Assembly (NCBI GenBank): GCA_050331715.1
Contig: JBHJGO010000003.1
Location: 1-32,463, forward strand
Direction: 5' to 3'
Length of the DNA stretch: 32,463 bases
Source of the DNA: Microcoleaceae cyanobacterium
GTDB lineage: Bacteria; Cyanobacteriota; Cyanobacteriia; Cyanobacteriales; Microcoleaceae
The notes beneath the pieces are model-generated. The model did not search any database, had not been told where the DNA came from, and was given only the letters and a program-made list of their open reading frames with translations. A program made the position numbers and the translations under genes. This document shows, in pieces, positions 1 through 10,109 of the stretch (positions are counted from its first letter, which is position 1; every line of letters starts with the position of its first letter).

Positions 1-221
1 ATAAAATATATTAATAAAAAATTTTTTTTTTATTTGGTGTTTTTGGTTTCATGCCCCCCTTCTTGGGGACTTTGTCCCAAACCCCTCCATAGTACTTATC
101 ATGATTGATTCAGGATTGCTATATGTACTGATAAACTAGTTGAAAGAAAAATAATGATCAATGTGACTGCTCGTAAATTTCCCCCTTCAGTCGAGCCCAT
201 TGGTGTGAATGTTGCGCCCTA

Positions 222-247
222 GATTTGTAAAGTTGATTTGTAAAGTT
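222..247. repeat. Tandem direct repeat, 2 x 13-mer GATTTGTAAAGTT, in the AT-rich leader upstream of the PEP-CTERM gene
   Basis: Read directly: gatttgtaaagtt gatttgtaaagtt followed by gatc. It lies ~300 bp upstream of the CDS at 555. Confidence 0.6.
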
Positions 248-554
248 GATCAGTGTCAATCTATCCCTGATATCAAAGGGGGTTTACTGTTTCGGAGGTC
301 AATACCCCCTCAGGTTTTTAAGCCGTCATGTGATAACCTTTACAAAATCTTGACACTTAGTATGTTTTCATTCACTAGATGTGATGTCAAACTAGTATTA
401 CCAAAACTCGTTAGCTGAACTCCTTGCTACAGTTGATGTTTGCTTGGATTCTCTAATATTTACTAAATTAAGCACTGCAAATCTGTAATCTGACAGCCCA
501 GATGAAAACGGATCGGCGGAAAACGAGCGTAATATCTACATTTAAGGAGGAATA

Positions 555-1301
555 ATGACTGGAACCTTTAGAGGAAACTTTAGCAAGAAGTCTTTAACCA
601 AAGGAAACTTGGCCGCCTTTGGTACAGTAATTCTGTCTATTGGTGGAATTGCAGTTACAAGACCCGCTCAGGCAGTGGACTTTGGCGAAGTGGATTTTCC
701 CGAAGGAGAAATTTCTTTCGCAGATTTTGTTGTTTCCTATGACCGAGGGCCAGATAATGGGGACTACAGCTTTGCTCCCCTGGAAGCGTTTGACAATCCG
801 GAAACGGCGGTCGGCATCCCTAATTCCGTTACAGATAGAGATGCTGAAAGAGATGGTGACTTCAGCCAACGGAGTGATGTTTCCCTTGGTGAAGGCGGTA
901 CATTAGTCCTGCGGTTCGCAGATAACTTTTTGACTCGCAGTGGTGATGATTCTGAGGATCTTTGGGTCTTTGAAGCTGGGACTGTGGTGGAAGGTGTCCT
1001 AGTTGAAATCAGTGAAGATGGCGACAACTTCTTCTCTGTCGGTCAGATTGGTGGTACTCAAGTGGGCGGCATTGATATTGATGCCTTCGATATCGATCCG
1101 GAGATTGAACTCTTTTCCTTCGTCCGCCTAACAGATGACGGTAGCAACGTCTACGATGGTGGCTGGGCCGGAGCGGATATTGATTCGGTGGGTGCAATTT
1201 CTACAATTGCCGCAGCAGATATCCCTGAACCCTCAACAGTGTTGGGACTTCTGGCAATTGGTATTCTAGGCGCAGGAACTCAACTGAAGCGCAAGGGCTA
1301 A
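555..1301 (+). CDS. PEP-CTERM sorting-domain secreted protein (exosortase substrate)
   Basis: Strong SD (taaggaggaataATG). N-terminal signal-peptide-like hydrophobic stretch. C-terminus ...DIPEPSTVLGLLAIGILGAGTQLKRKG has the PEP motif, a TM helix and a basic tail. Acidic, Gly/Asp-rich body. Confidence 0.7.
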   Translation: MTGTFRGNFSKKSLTKGNLAAFGTVILSIGGIAVTRPAQAVDFGEVDFPEGEISFADFVVSYDRGPDNGDYSFAPLEAFDNPETAVGIPNSVTDRDAERDGDFSQRSDVSLGEGGTLVLRFADNFLTRSGDDSEDLWVFEAGTVVEGVLVEISEDGDNFFSVGQIGGTQVGGIDIDAFDIDPEIELFSFVRLTDDGSNVYDGGWAGADIDSVGAISTIAAADIPEPSTVLGLLAIGILGAGTQLKRKG

Positions 1302-1345
1302 GAATTTTTTTTTCACGGTCAAGTAAACGAGTAACAATTCATTGA

Positions 1346-1373
1346 GCCATTCCAAGCTGGAATGGCTTTTCTT
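1346..1373 (+). terminator. Rho-independent terminator after the PEP-CTERM gene
   Basis: Perfect 8-bp stem gccattcc / ggaatggc with a 5-nt loop, followed by ttttctt. The 3' arm overlaps the first ATG (1362) of the next ORF, so that gene more likely starts at 1383. Confidence 0.5.
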
Positions 1374-1382
1374 ATCTCAAGG

Positions 1383-1958
1383 ATGAATACACCAAGTCAC
1401 GCCATTATTAACCTAGCGCTATTGGGCAGAAAAGCTGCTCCAGAAAATAATCTACTGATTGTTATTGGCGGCCTTCTACCGGATATTCCGATTTTTCTGT
1501 TCTATGCTTGGGCCAAACTGGTTGCTCGCCTGCCAGAATCAAGAATTTGGTCAGAGGCTTACTACTATCCCATAGTTCAGGATACGGTTGCGCTATTTCA
1601 TTCAATTCCCCTCGTCATTTTGGGATGGGGAGTTGCAGTTTATTTTAAGCAGAGTTGGTTACAACTCTTCTGTTTGAGTTTGTTGCTACACGACCTGCTA
1701 GACTTACCCGTTCATAATGATGACGCCCATCGTCACTTTTTTCCCTTCAGTGATTATCGCTTCATCAGCCCTATTTCCTATTGGGACAGGAATCATCATG
1801 CCAGTGTCGTGGCCTTTGTTGAATGGATGTTTGTATTGCTCGCAACCGTAAGAAATTTTGGGCTGGTTCAATCTATGATCGGCAAGGGGTTAATGATACT
1901 GGTGAATATTGTCTATGGGTTAGGATACTTTGTATTTTTCAGATTCCTATCAGACTAA
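1383..1958 (+). CDS. Hypothetical polytopic membrane protein (possible membrane-bound hydrolase-like; His-rich motif HNDDAHRH)
   Basis: ORF 1362-1958. The start is placed at the second ATG (MNTPSHAI...) because 1362 sits inside the terminator hairpin. Several hydrophobic helices. No family recognised with confidence. Its stop overlaps the trpC stop by 4 nt (CTAA, convergent). Confidence 0.5.
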   Translation: MNTPSHAIINLALLGRKAAPENNLLIVIGGLLPDIPIFLFYAWAKLVARLPESRIWSEAYYYPIVQDTVALFHSIPLVILGWGVAVYFKQSWLQLFCLSLLLHDLLDLPVHNDDAHRHFFPFSDYRFISPISYWDRNHHASVVAFVEWMFVLLATVRNFGLVQSMIGKGLMILVNIVYGLGYFVFFRFLSD

Positions 1959-2839
1959 CCTCCGAGCAGTTGCTCCAATGCCTGGCCAGGGTCAGCTTGC
2001 CTAATCAATGATTCGCCTATTAAAACTGCATTGGCTCCTGCTTGCTTGACAAAGTCTAAATCCGCCGCTGTGTGAATACCGGATTCACTTACAATCGCAA
2101 TATCACGACTCTGAATCTGCTGCCGCCGAGCATCAAGTAACTGAGCAGTGGTGTTTAAATCAACCGAAAAGTCCTCTAAATTCCGATTGTTGATTCCAAT
2201 TAAACTCACATCAGAAATTTCTAGAACTCGATCCAATTCCTCCAAAGAATGGACTTCAATCAGAGCGGTCATCCCCAGTTTCTTAATGATTTTGGTAAAG
2301 TATTGCAGGTCTTGATCGGCAAGAATTGCTGCAATCAGTAAAATAGCATCAGCTCCTTGGATTCTGGCCAGATAAATCTGATAGGGATAGACGATAAATT
2401 CCTTACATAAAAGAGGTAACTGAACCGCTGATCGGACTAGCCCCAAATTTTCAAAACTTCCCTGAAAAAACTTCTTGTCAGTCAGCACAGAAATACAACG
2501 GGCTCCATGCTGTTCGTAGGCCTGAGCGATGGCCACCGGATCAAAGTCTTCTCGCATCACCCCTTTACTGGGGGAAGCTTTTTTGATTTCAGCAATCACT
2601 GCTGGAGCGTTGCTTGTAGTTTTTAATGCCCCTAAAAAATCCCGGACGGGTGGTGCCGCTGGTAATTTTTTCTGTAGGTCTACCAGGGGAACCCGCTCCC
2701 GCAATTGGTCAACTTCGGTTTCTTTATACCAAACAATTTCCTCCAGGACATTCTGAGGTTTGGCATCAGATGTGACCACTTGGTAACGCAGGCTGAGGAC
2801 ATCAACGGCGGGACTGGGCACACGGCGACGAATTTCCAT
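1955..2839 (-). CDS. trpC: Indole-3-glycerol phosphate synthase
   Basis: Hallmark motif [10 protein letters not shown] and overall TrpC-like TIM-barrel sequence, 294 aa. Confidence 0.9.
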   Translation of the reverse strand: MEIRRRVPSPAVDVLSLRYQVVTSDAKPQNVLEEIVWYKETEVDQLRERVPLVDLQKKLPAAPPVRDFLGALKTTSNAPAVIAEIKKASPSKGVMREDFDPVAIAQAYEQHGARCISVLTDKKFFQGSFENLGLVRSAVQLPLLCKEFIVYPYQIYLARIQGADAILLIAAILADQDLQYFTKIIKKLGMTALIEVHSLEELDRVLEISDVSLIGINNRNLEDFSVDLNTTAQLLDARRQQIQSRDIAIVSESGIHTAADLDFVKQAGANAVLIGESLIRQADPGQALEQLLGG

Positions 2840-2914
2840 ATTGACTTGATTTGTTAGAATTTCCCTGGCTGGTCAAGGTTGTTTGTCTGGACTCCCGCCG
2901 ATGCGGGAATTAAG

Positions 2915-4345
2915 TTAGTGGGCCATAACCGCCCGTTTGAAGGCTTCATCCAACACTTCAGATAATGTCGGATGGGTGTGGATGGAGAATGCCAGATTCT
3001 GAACCGATTGACGCTGGGCGATCGCATTGGCAGCTTCTTGAATCAGATCAGAGGCATGGAGACCAAAGATATGAACCCCTAGGATTTCGCCATTGTCTTT
3101 GCGATAAATCACCTTGGCAATACCATCGGTTTCTCCTTCAGCAATCGCCTTGGAATTTCCCTTAAAGTATGTCCGAACCGTTGCAATCTCAAACCCTTCT
3201 GCACTGGCCAATTCCTTCGCCTGGGGTTCACTCAGTCCCACGTAGCTAATTTCAGGATGGGTAAAGGCGGCAGCCGGAATACTGCGATAGTCAACCGCTC
3301 GCGCTCGATCACAAATGGTTTCAACTACAGCTACACCCTGGGCAGAGGCCGCGTGGGCCAGCATCATTTTGCCTGTGACATCTCCAATTGCCCAAAGATG
3401 CGGCACAGGTTCGCCACCGGAGAGCACGGCCAAATGGTCATTCACAGGAATAAATCCCCGTCGATCCGTCTCAACACCAATATTCTCTAACCCTAGATTC
3501 TTGCTGAAGGGAATCCGGCCCGTTGCCACCAGGCAAGCGTCAACCTCTAGGACGTCCTCGATCTCCTTAGTCTTCGCATCAGCCAGTTCAATTAGGACAG
3601 GTGAACCAGGTGTTACCTTGAGAGCTAGCTTACTTGTATAGGTTTCAATGTCCCGAGGATTGATCAATACCCGTTGAGCAATTTTGGCAATGTCTGGGTC
3701 AAAGGTGGGCATCAGGTTATCCAGGGCTTCAATCATGGTGACTTCACAGCCCAGAGCGGTATAGATATCAGAAAATTCTAAGCCGATATACCCACTGCCA
3801 ACAATTGCAATCCACTGGGGCAGCCAATCCAGCTTAATCGCTTCATCACTGGTGAATACCGTTTTGTGATCAATTTCAATTCCAGGGGGAACAAACGGAA
3901 TAGAACCGGGAGCTAGAATAATTTCACGAGCTGTCAGAGTACGTTCACCATCAGCGGTTTCCACACTGACTTTCTGGGGTGCAGCTACCTTGCCCCAGCC
4001 ATGAATCGTATCAACTCCAAGGCGTTTGAGGCTGTTGGTCAAATCGCCCCGCAGCTTGTCAACTGTGTTTCCTGCGTGGCTTGAGATGGTTTCTCGTTCA
4101 AAGCTGACCTGACCCAGTTGAATGCCCAACGTCTGCAAATGGTGTGTATTCCGTAATTCTCGCACCCGCCCAGATGCCGCCAACAGGGCCTTGGATGGAA
4201 TACAGCCTCGATTTACACAGGTACCCCCCATGTCTGCCGCTTCAATAATTGCCGTCTTGAGACCACAGGCTACTGCATGAATTGCTGCCCCATGACCACC
4301 AACGCCAGCGCCAATGATGACCAGGTCATAGTCAAACTCGCTCAC
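2915..4345 (-). CDS. lpdA: Dihydrolipoyl dehydrogenase (E3)
   Basis: N-terminal FAD fold [15 protein letters not shown]. Redox-active disulfide [14 protein letters not shown]-terminal HTHPTLSE. 476 aa. Confidence 0.9.
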   Translation of the reverse strand: MSEFDYDLVIIGAGVGGHGAAIHAVACGLKTAIIEAADMGGTCVNRGCIPSKALLAASGRVRELRNTHHLQTLGIQLGQVSFERETISSHAGNTVDKLRGDLTNSLKRLGVDTIHGWGKVAAPQKVSVETADGERTLTAREIILAPGSIPFVPPGIEIDHKTVFTSDEAIKLDWLPQWIAIVGSGYIGLEFSDIYTALGCEVTMIEALDNLMPTFDPDIAKIAQRVLINPRDIETYTSKLALKVTPGSPVLIELADAKTKEIEDVLEVDACLVATGRIPFSKNLGLENIGVETDRRGFIPVNDHLAVLSGGEPVPHLWAIGDVTGKMMLAHAASAQGVAVVETICDRARAVDYRSIPAAAFTHPEISYVGLSEPQAKELASAEGFEIATVRTYFKGNSKAIAEGETDGIAKVIYRKDNGEILGVHIFGLHASDLIQEAANAIAQRQSVQNLAFSIHTHPTLSEVLDEAFKRAVMAH

Positions 4346-4486
4346 TCTAGCTCTCCTAGCGAAACCTATTAATGCTTCTAATTAAATACATTGTGAACCA
4401 GCGGGGGGGCATTCGACAAGCGCTGAAAATTAACGGGGATTCCCCTATTGACGCCTCAGAGTAATCCTGAGAACATCTGAGGTAAA

Positions 4487-4560
4487 TTTCGTGAAATAAA
4501 TTTCGTGGAAGTAAAGTCCGTGGAAGTAAAGTCCGTGGAGTAAAGTCCTGTGAAATGAGG
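4487..4560. repeat. Degenerate tandem array (~5 copies) of a 15-nt unit (GTCCGTGGAAGTAAA-like) in the lpdA / ankyrin divergent intergenic region
   Basis: Read directly: aatttcgtgaaataa atttcgtggaagtaa agtccgtggaagtaa agtccgtggagtaa agtcctgtgaaatgagg. A 7-bp inverted repeat cctcaga ... tctgagg lies just upstream (~4467-4495). Confidence 0.55.
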
Positions 4561-4595
4561 TTGATAAATAACAACCCCAGAGCCTCCCACAGCAA

Positions 4596-5540
4596 TTGAC
4601 GAATCCCCTTAGTTCTGTTCAATGCATTGCCTTTATGGGTACAACAACACAAAAGCAGCAATTGATTCATGCGATAGAGACCAGAAATTTAGGTGTTATC
4701 CAGAACCTTCTAACGCTAGGAGCCAGCGTCGATTTTCCAGGGCAAACAGGGCATGATTGTCTGGTCGAGGCAGTTTGTCAAGGAAATTTAGAACTGGTGC
4801 GATTGTTACTGAGTCAAGGTGTGGAAACTCAAGGCTTAACCCCAGAGGGAGATACCCTGTTGATGCCAGCAATTGATTCCGGTCAACTTGAAGTGGTTCA
4901 GTGCCTACTTCATGGGGGTGCTGACGTAAATGCTGCCTCTGAAACGGGTGAAACAGCTCTCATGGTGGCAGCCGCCATTGGAGATCTCGCAATAACCTCC
5001 CTATTACTCGCTGCTGGGGCAAGCGTTCACGCGCAAAATCAGGATGGAGAAACCGCCCTTCACGTTGCAGTGGTTGAAGAACAAGGGGAAATGGTAGAAC
5101 TATTGCTAGCTCACGGGGCTGACCCAACGGTAATCAACCTTTTGGGGGATTGCCCCCTAACTGTGGCACTACTGCAAGGATATGGAGAAATTGTGGCGCG
5201 ATTACTGAACCACACGCCCATGGAGCAGGCTGCAATATTGAACCAAGTCAATGAACAGGGAACGACGGCCCTGATTTTGGCTGCTCAACAGGGACGGCAG
5301 GAAATGGTGCAACTATTGCTAAGCCACGGTGCAAATCCAGATGTGACAGATCAAACCGAATCAACCGCCCTAATGTGGGCTGCATCCAGGGGGCATGCAT
5401 TAATTGTTCAATGCCTGACTCAGGCTGGTGCCAGCTTAAATTCGAAGAATCAGGGCGGGTGTACCGCCCTAATGCTCGCAAGCTTTAACCGACATTCAAC
5501 AGTTGTTCAGCAACTTCAGCAGTCTGGAGCTATCGATTAA
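4596..5540 (+). CDS. Ankyrin-repeat protein (~9 ANK repeats)
   Basis: Recurrent ~33-aa ANK consensus (G-TALM-AA--G-----LL--GA--). The start is a TTG at 4596. The first ATG is at 4635 and either could be the real start. Confidence 0.75.
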   Translation: MTNPLSSVQCIAFMGTTTQKQQLIHAIETRNLGVIQNLLTLGASVDFPGQTGHDCLVEAVCQGNLELVRLLLSQGVETQGLTPEGDTLLMPAIDSGQLEVVQCLLHGGADVNAASETGETALMVAAAIGDLAITSLLLAAGASVHAQNQDGETALHVAVVEEQGEMVELLLAHGADPTVINLLGDCPLTVALLQGYGEIVARLLNHTPMEQAAILNQVNEQGTTALILAAQQGRQEMVQLLLSHGANPDVTDQTESTALMWAASRGHALIVQCLTQAGASLNSKNQGGCTALMLASFNRHSTVVQQLQQSGAID

Positions 5541-5560
5541 ATAGATTTAATTAAATCTAT
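5541..5560. repeat. Perfect 20-bp AT-rich palindrome ATAGATTTAATTAAATCTAT between the convergent ankyrin and rnj genes
   Basis: Read directly. It starts 1 nt after the ankyrin stop codon. It could form an AT-only hairpin, making it a weak bidirectional terminator candidate or a protein-binding site. Confidence 0.5.
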
Positions 5561-5627
5561 CTGGCTGCTAGATCAGTTAAGTTGCTACTCGAATTTTCAC
5601 CGACGCAAGAATGATGGTTAATTCTCG

Positions 5628-7481
5628 TTAAGAGGCAACCCGAGCTGCGGTTCGGGTGCGTCGTCGTCCCTTCGGAGCTGCCGGAGTTGAGGCAGGAGCC
5701 GATGAACCTGGAGCACTCTGCTCTGCTCCCTCTCCTGGTGTCTGAAACAACAGAACAAGCAGGGGGTTACTCTTTAACTCTCGACGGAGCAAACGCTGAA
5801 TCGCAGTTTCAACCTGAGTTTTGGCCCCAGCCCAATCAATCTCCTGCTGACCCTTTTCAAAGGTGCGAGAGAATTCAGACCAGCGGTCATTCAAAGTATG
5901 CTGAACCGACTGGGTAATTTGAGCCTTCAGTTTCTCAGGCTCCAGGGAGGTTACAACGCCTTTCAGGTGAACTTCAGGTTGGGCCAGGAGCTTTCCATCT
6001 GTACCAACGGCAACTGCAACGGTCACCACTCCATCACCTGCAAGTTGTTGTCGCTCCTTCATGACATTGTCTTTCACAAAGCCGGAGCGAGATGCATCAA
6101 CGGGTTCGATGCCAGACGGAACCTGACCTGCAATCCCAATTGAGTCCTCTGTGAGTTCGACAATATCACCGTTATCGATAATCACCATATTTTCAGCCGG
6201 AATTCCCATGCTCTGAGCCGTTTGAGAATGCTTTACCAACATTCGATGCTCGCCGTGAACCGGTACAAAGAATCGGGGTCGAGTCAGGGCCAGCATTAAC
6301 TTGTGGTCTTCCTGGCAGCCATGGCCAGAAACATGAATTCCCTTATCCTTTCCGTAAACTACATTCGCACCCATTGTCATCAACTTATCGATCAAGTTGA
6401 CCACCGCAATAGTGTTACCTGGAATGGGATTGGCGGAAAAGACCACGGTATCACCTGCCTTGATGCTGATTTGGCGATGGGCTCCGTTGGAGATTCGAGT
6501 TAGAGCAGAGAGAGGCTCTCCTTGGGAACCGGTGGTGAGAATCAGAACCTTGTCATCGGGCATGTTATTAATGGCCCCTAACGGCACAAACAGATCATCA
6601 CGGCAGGTGACGTAACCCAGATTGCGAGCATGGGCAATCACGTTCAGCATGGAACGACCCACAACCGCAACCGAGCGTCCCAACTTCTGAGCTGCAGCCA
6701 GAATCAGGTTCAACCGATGAACGGAGGAGGCAAAGGTCGTTACCAGCAAACGTCCTGGTGCTCGAGCGAACACCCGCTCTAAATTCGGGGCCACAGACTG
6801 CTCGGATGGGGTGAATCCTGGAACCTCTGCATTGGTTGAATCGCTTAGCAGGCAGTGAACACCCTTCTCGCCGTACTCAGCTAGCCGCTGGAAGTCGAAA
6901 TATTCTCCATCGACTGGGGTGTGGTCAACCTTGAAGTCTCCGGTATGAATCACAACCCCCACTGGAGTATTAATTGCCACCGTAAAGCTATCAGCGATGG
7001 AATGGGTATTCCGAATGTATTCCACCAAAAAGTTCTTCCCAATCCGAACAATCTCACGGGGACGAACAGAGCGCAACTCTGTGGAATCACTCACCCCTGC
7101 TTCTTCCAGCTTGCCCTGAAGCAGAGCCATAGCTAAACGGGGGCCATAGATCACAGGAATATCGAATTGCTTTAAATGGAAGGGGATGCCACCAATATGA
7201 TCCTCATGACCGTGGGTGACAATCATTCCTTTGATGCGATCGCGGTTCTCCCGCAGATAGGTTACATCCGGCAGAACAATATTTACTCCGTGCATTCCAT
7301 CCGTTGGAAAAGCAAGCCCCGCATCCAGCAGAATAATTTCATCCTGATATTCAAAGATGCAGGTGTTCTTACCAATTTCATGCAATCCCCCTAGAGGAAT
7401 AATTTTGAGAGAATCCTGATTCAGAGACCTGCTCGAAGAAACTTTAGTCTTGATTACAGGCTTTGTTCCATTTTTAGTCAT
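5628..7481 (-). CDS. rnj: Ribonuclease J
   Basis: Metallo-beta-lactamase motif HGHEDHIGG, beta-CASP region, and N-terminal LKIIPLGGLHEIGKN. 617 aa with a Pro/Ala-rich then Arg-rich C-terminal tail (...APKGRRRTRTAARVAS). Confidence 0.9.
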   Translation of the reverse strand: MTKNGTKPVIKTKVSSSRSLNQDSLKIIPLGGLHEIGKNTCIFEYQDEIILLDAGLAFPTDGMHGVNIVLPDVTYLRENRDRIKGMIVTHGHEDHIGGIPFHLKQFDIPVIYGPRLAMALLQGKLEEAGVSDSTELRSVRPREIVRIGKNFLVEYIRNTHSIADSFTVAINTPVGVVIHTGDFKVDHTPVDGEYFDFQRLAEYGEKGVHCLLSDSTNAEVPGFTPSEQSVAPNLERVFARAPGRLLVTTFASSVHRLNLILAAAQKLGRSVAVVGRSMLNVIAHARNLGYVTCRDDLFVPLGAINNMPDDKVLILTTGSQGEPLSALTRISNGAHRQISIKAGDTVVFSANPIPGNTIAVVNLIDKLMTMGANVVYGKDKGIHVSGHGCQEDHKLMLALTRPRFFVPVHGEHRMLVKHSQTAQSMGIPAENMVIIDNGDIVELTEDSIGIAGQVPSGIEPVDASRSGFVKDNVMKERQQLAGDGVVTVAVAVGTDGKLLAQPEVHLKGVVTSLEPEKLKAQITQSVQHTLNDRWSEFSRTFEKGQQEIDWAGAKTQVETAIQRLLRRELKSNPLLVLLFQTPGEGAEQSAPGSSAPASTPAAPKGRRRTRTAARVAS

Positions 7482-7760
7482 GTTGTTTGATTTACCTTTC
7501 TTCTAAAAAAATCTGGATTTTGGTTTGGTTCGATCACGATTAATCCCACAGACAAAGTCGATAAGACTTAAACCTTGTTTAAGGAAAAGAATAAAAAATT
7601 ATGAAGATATGTATTAGCTTCAACTCGAGTCTTTCATACGAATCAATACTCAGTTAGGTCTGTTGTGAAAAACTTGCATTCTACGACTCCTGTGCCTGAA
7701 GAGAATCAGTCCCTCATGATCCTGGAACGAGCTCCAACGTCCAGGCCCTCAATTCTAGAC
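7482..7760 (-). promoter_or_regulatory. Long (~280 nt) untranslated leader / promoter region upstream of rnj, downstream of dapA
   Basis: No ORF in this stretch. It is AT-rich with scattered short inverted repeats. RNase J and RNase E genes are commonly autoregulated through long 5' leaders (established knowledge), so a leader function here is an inference. Confidence 0.3.
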
Positions 7761-8657
7761 TCAGGATCCTGAAGTCAGGTTCAATCGCTGTAAAATCGCC
7801 TTGAAATCCTGAACCAACTGAGGTTGGAAGCTGCACAAGGGTAAACGAGTCTGACCCACATCCCATCCTTGCAAACTTAAGGCCAACTTGACAGGAATTG
7901 GACTTGTTGTCACAAACAAAGCTCTAAACAATTCAAACAGCTCCAGGTGGATTTGGGTGGCAACCTGAACCTGCCCTGTCTCAAACGATTGAATCATCCG
8001 CTGTAGCCGATTTCCAACCAGGTGGCTGGCGACGCTGACAACGCCAATTGATCCAACAGCCAACATGGGTAGCGTTAACGAGTCATCTCCAGAGTAGATC
8101 CCAAACTCAGGTGATGTCAAGCGGCGAATCTGGCTGACCTGGTCTAAATCACCGCTAGCTTCCTTAATAGCAGTGATATTTGGCACTTCCGCCAGCCGTG
8201 CGACTGTCTCTGGTTCCAGATTACGACCTGTGCGTCCTGGAATGTTGTACAACATGATTGGCAAATCAGGTGTGGCCTGGGCCACTGCTTTGAAATGATG
8301 ATACAGTCCTTCTTGCGGCGGCTTGTTGTAGTAGGGCACGACCTGGAGAGAGCCGTCAAGCCCCAAACTTGCTGCCTTTTCAGTTGCCGCGATTGCTTCC
8401 TGGGTTGAATTCGATCCAGTTCCTCCCATCACCTTGGCATTCCGAGAAGCTACAGCCCCTTTAATCACCTGAAACAGTTGGTACTCTTCTTCCCAAGTTA
8501 GAGCCGGAGATTCCCCCGTCGTACCACAAACCACCAGGGTGTCTGTCCCCTGCTCAATCAAGTGAACGGCAAGACGCTCTGCCATTCCATAGTTGACAGT
8601 GCCATCGGAGTTGAACGGCGTAACCATCGCCGTCAGGACACGACCAAAATTGCTCAT
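7761..8657 (-). CDS. dapA: 4-hydroxy-tetrahydrodipicolinate synthase
   Basis: N-terminus TAMVTPF, the CGTTGES motif, and DapA/NAL-family length of 298 aa. Confidence 0.9.
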   Translation of the reverse strand: MSNFGRVLTAMVTPFNSDGTVNYGMAERLAVHLIEQGTDTLVVCGTTGESPALTWEEEYQLFQVIKGAVASRNAKVMGGTGSNSTQEAIAATEKAASLGLDGSLQVVPYYNKPPQEGLYHHFKAVAQATPDLPIMLYNIPGRTGRNLEPETVARLAEVPNITAIKEASGDLDQVSQIRRLTSPEFGIYSGDDSLTLPMLAVGSIGVVSVASHLVGNRLQRMIQSFETGQVQVATQIHLELFELFRALFVTTSPIPVKLALSLQGWDVGQTRLPLCSFQPQLVQDFKAILQRLNLTSGS

Positions 8658-8748
8658 AGGCTTCCCAAAATTTGCATCATAAACTGCTGATAAAATGCAT
8701 CTGCAAAAAATTACTCAGAAAAATTAGAACGGTTAATTCTGGAGTCGC

Positions 8749-9798
8749 CTAGTTTGCCATGGCAAGGGATGGAACCACGACTCGATCCTGGGCAATCAAT
8801 AATTCGGCAATCTGTACCGCATTCAGTGCAGCACCTTTGCGAACCTGATCACCACTCAACCACAGCTCCAAACCACAGGGATGGGAAATGTCTTGCCGGA
8901 TGCGACCGACTAAAACATCATCCTGACCTGTCGCCTCGATTGGCATCGGGAAATGGCTACTCTGCCAGTCTTCGACTAACTTTACTCCAGCAGACTGACC
9001 TAGAATTTGCCTCACGGCATCTAGATTGACAGGTTGGTCAAACTCTAGATTAACGGCTTCAGAATGGGCCCGCAGTACGGGAACCCGAACACAGGTCGCC
9101 GAAATCCTCAGATCCTCTACTCCAAAGATCTTGCGGGTTTCATTCACCATCTTCATTTCTTCCTGACAGTAGCCCGCCTCATTCCAGGGAGAATTGTGAG
9201 GAAATAGGTTAAAAGCCAGTGGATAGGGGAAAATTTCAGCGCTAGGATCTTCTCCCGCCAGAATTGCCCGAGCTTGAGTTTCCACTTCCGCCATTGCCTT
9301 TGCCCCCGCCCCACTGGCAGACTGATAGGTTGAAACAATCATTCGCCGAATCGGTTGCAGTTGATAGAGGGGCCAAACAACCACGGCCATCAAGATTGTG
9401 GTGCAGTTGGGATTAGCAATCAATCCCTGATGTTGCAAAGCATCGTCTGGATTAACCTCTGGCACTATCAGGGGAACCGATGGCTCCATGCGAAAGGCAC
9501 TGGAATTATCAATTACCACAGCTCCAGCTTCCACAGCCCTTGGACACCATTGCCTGGAGACTGAACCACCAGCAGAGGCTAGGACAATATCAACATCATT
9601 GAAAGCCCCTTCATCAACCGCTTCCACAGTGAGCGATTCGCCCTTGAAGATTAAAGACTTTCCACTGGAGCGAGCAGAGGCCAATAATTTCAGGCTTGAA
9701 ATCGGAAACTGGCGGCTTTCCAACAACTCCAACAGCTCTGTGCCGACTGCTCCAGTAGCCCCTAAAATTGCGACTCGATAAGATTTTGACAACTCCAC
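8749..9798 (-). CDS. asd: Aspartate-semialdehyde dehydrogenase
   Basis: N-terminal Rossmann motif VAILGATGAVG, an active-site Cys region, 349 aa. The asd-dapA-rnj order matches a conserved cyanobacterial arrangement. Confidence 0.9.
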   Translation of the reverse strand: MELSKSYRVAILGATGAVGTELLELLESRQFPISSLKLLASARSSGKSLIFKGESLTVEAVDEGAFNDVDIVLASAGGSVSRQWCPRAVEAGAVVIDNSSAFRMEPSVPLIVPEVNPDDALQHQGLIANPNCTTILMAVVVWPLYQLQPIRRMIVSTYQSASGAGAKAMAEVETQARAILAGEDPSAEIFPYPLAFNLFPHNSPWNEAGYCQEEMKMVNETRKIFGVEDLRISATCVRVPVLRAHSEAVNLEFDQPVNLDAVRQILGQSAGVKLVEDWQSSHFPMPIEATGQDDVLVGRIRQDISHPCGLELWLSGDQVRKGAALNAVQIAELLIAQDRVVVPSLAMAN

Positions 9799-10109
9799 TC
9801 TCCTCCTAAAGCTAAAGAAAATTTAAAAAACACCTAGAGAAAAAATTTCAAATTTACGTCAGGAACCAAGTATGGCTTCACTTAAGCGTGGAAGTGATTG
9901 CTTAGACCCTGCCAGAAAATAAAGTCGAATGTAGCCTTCTATCACAATTCAGCATTGATCTTACTCCTGATCATACCTTGGCTGGGGTCATCTCGATCTG
10001 TCAGGAGCTAATTGAATCCATGTCCGAGGCCAAAGTGAACAATTTTGATAAAAGAGTGGGTTGGAACAAAATTCGGCTACAATGTGTAGTTCTACAAATT
10101 GTCACGACT

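Noticed and set aside
594-1197. Antisense and alternate-frame ORFs (594-869, 640-906, 764-1027, 1009-1197) inside the PEP-CTERM gene
   Set aside because: They are fully embedded in a gene with a strong SD and a diagnostic C-terminal sorting signal. They have no independent signals.
2855-2895. Hairpin cccgc-cgat-gcggg downstream of lpdA as a terminator
   Set aside because: It is a short 5-bp stem with no U-tract on the transcribed (minus) strand, so it is not convincing.
4356-4670. 104-aa minus-strand ORF spanning the lpdA-ankyrin intergenic region
   Set aside because: It runs through the 15-nt tandem repeat array and into the ankyrin gene on the opposite strand. Its composition is repeat-driven, so it is spurious.
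9978-10109. Upstream extension of the trigger factor ORF (start at 9978)
   Set aside because: The first 44 codons bear no resemblance to the Tig N-terminus, while the canonical MKVTQEK... begins at the ATG at 10110. The extension is an artefact of the open frame in the promoter region.
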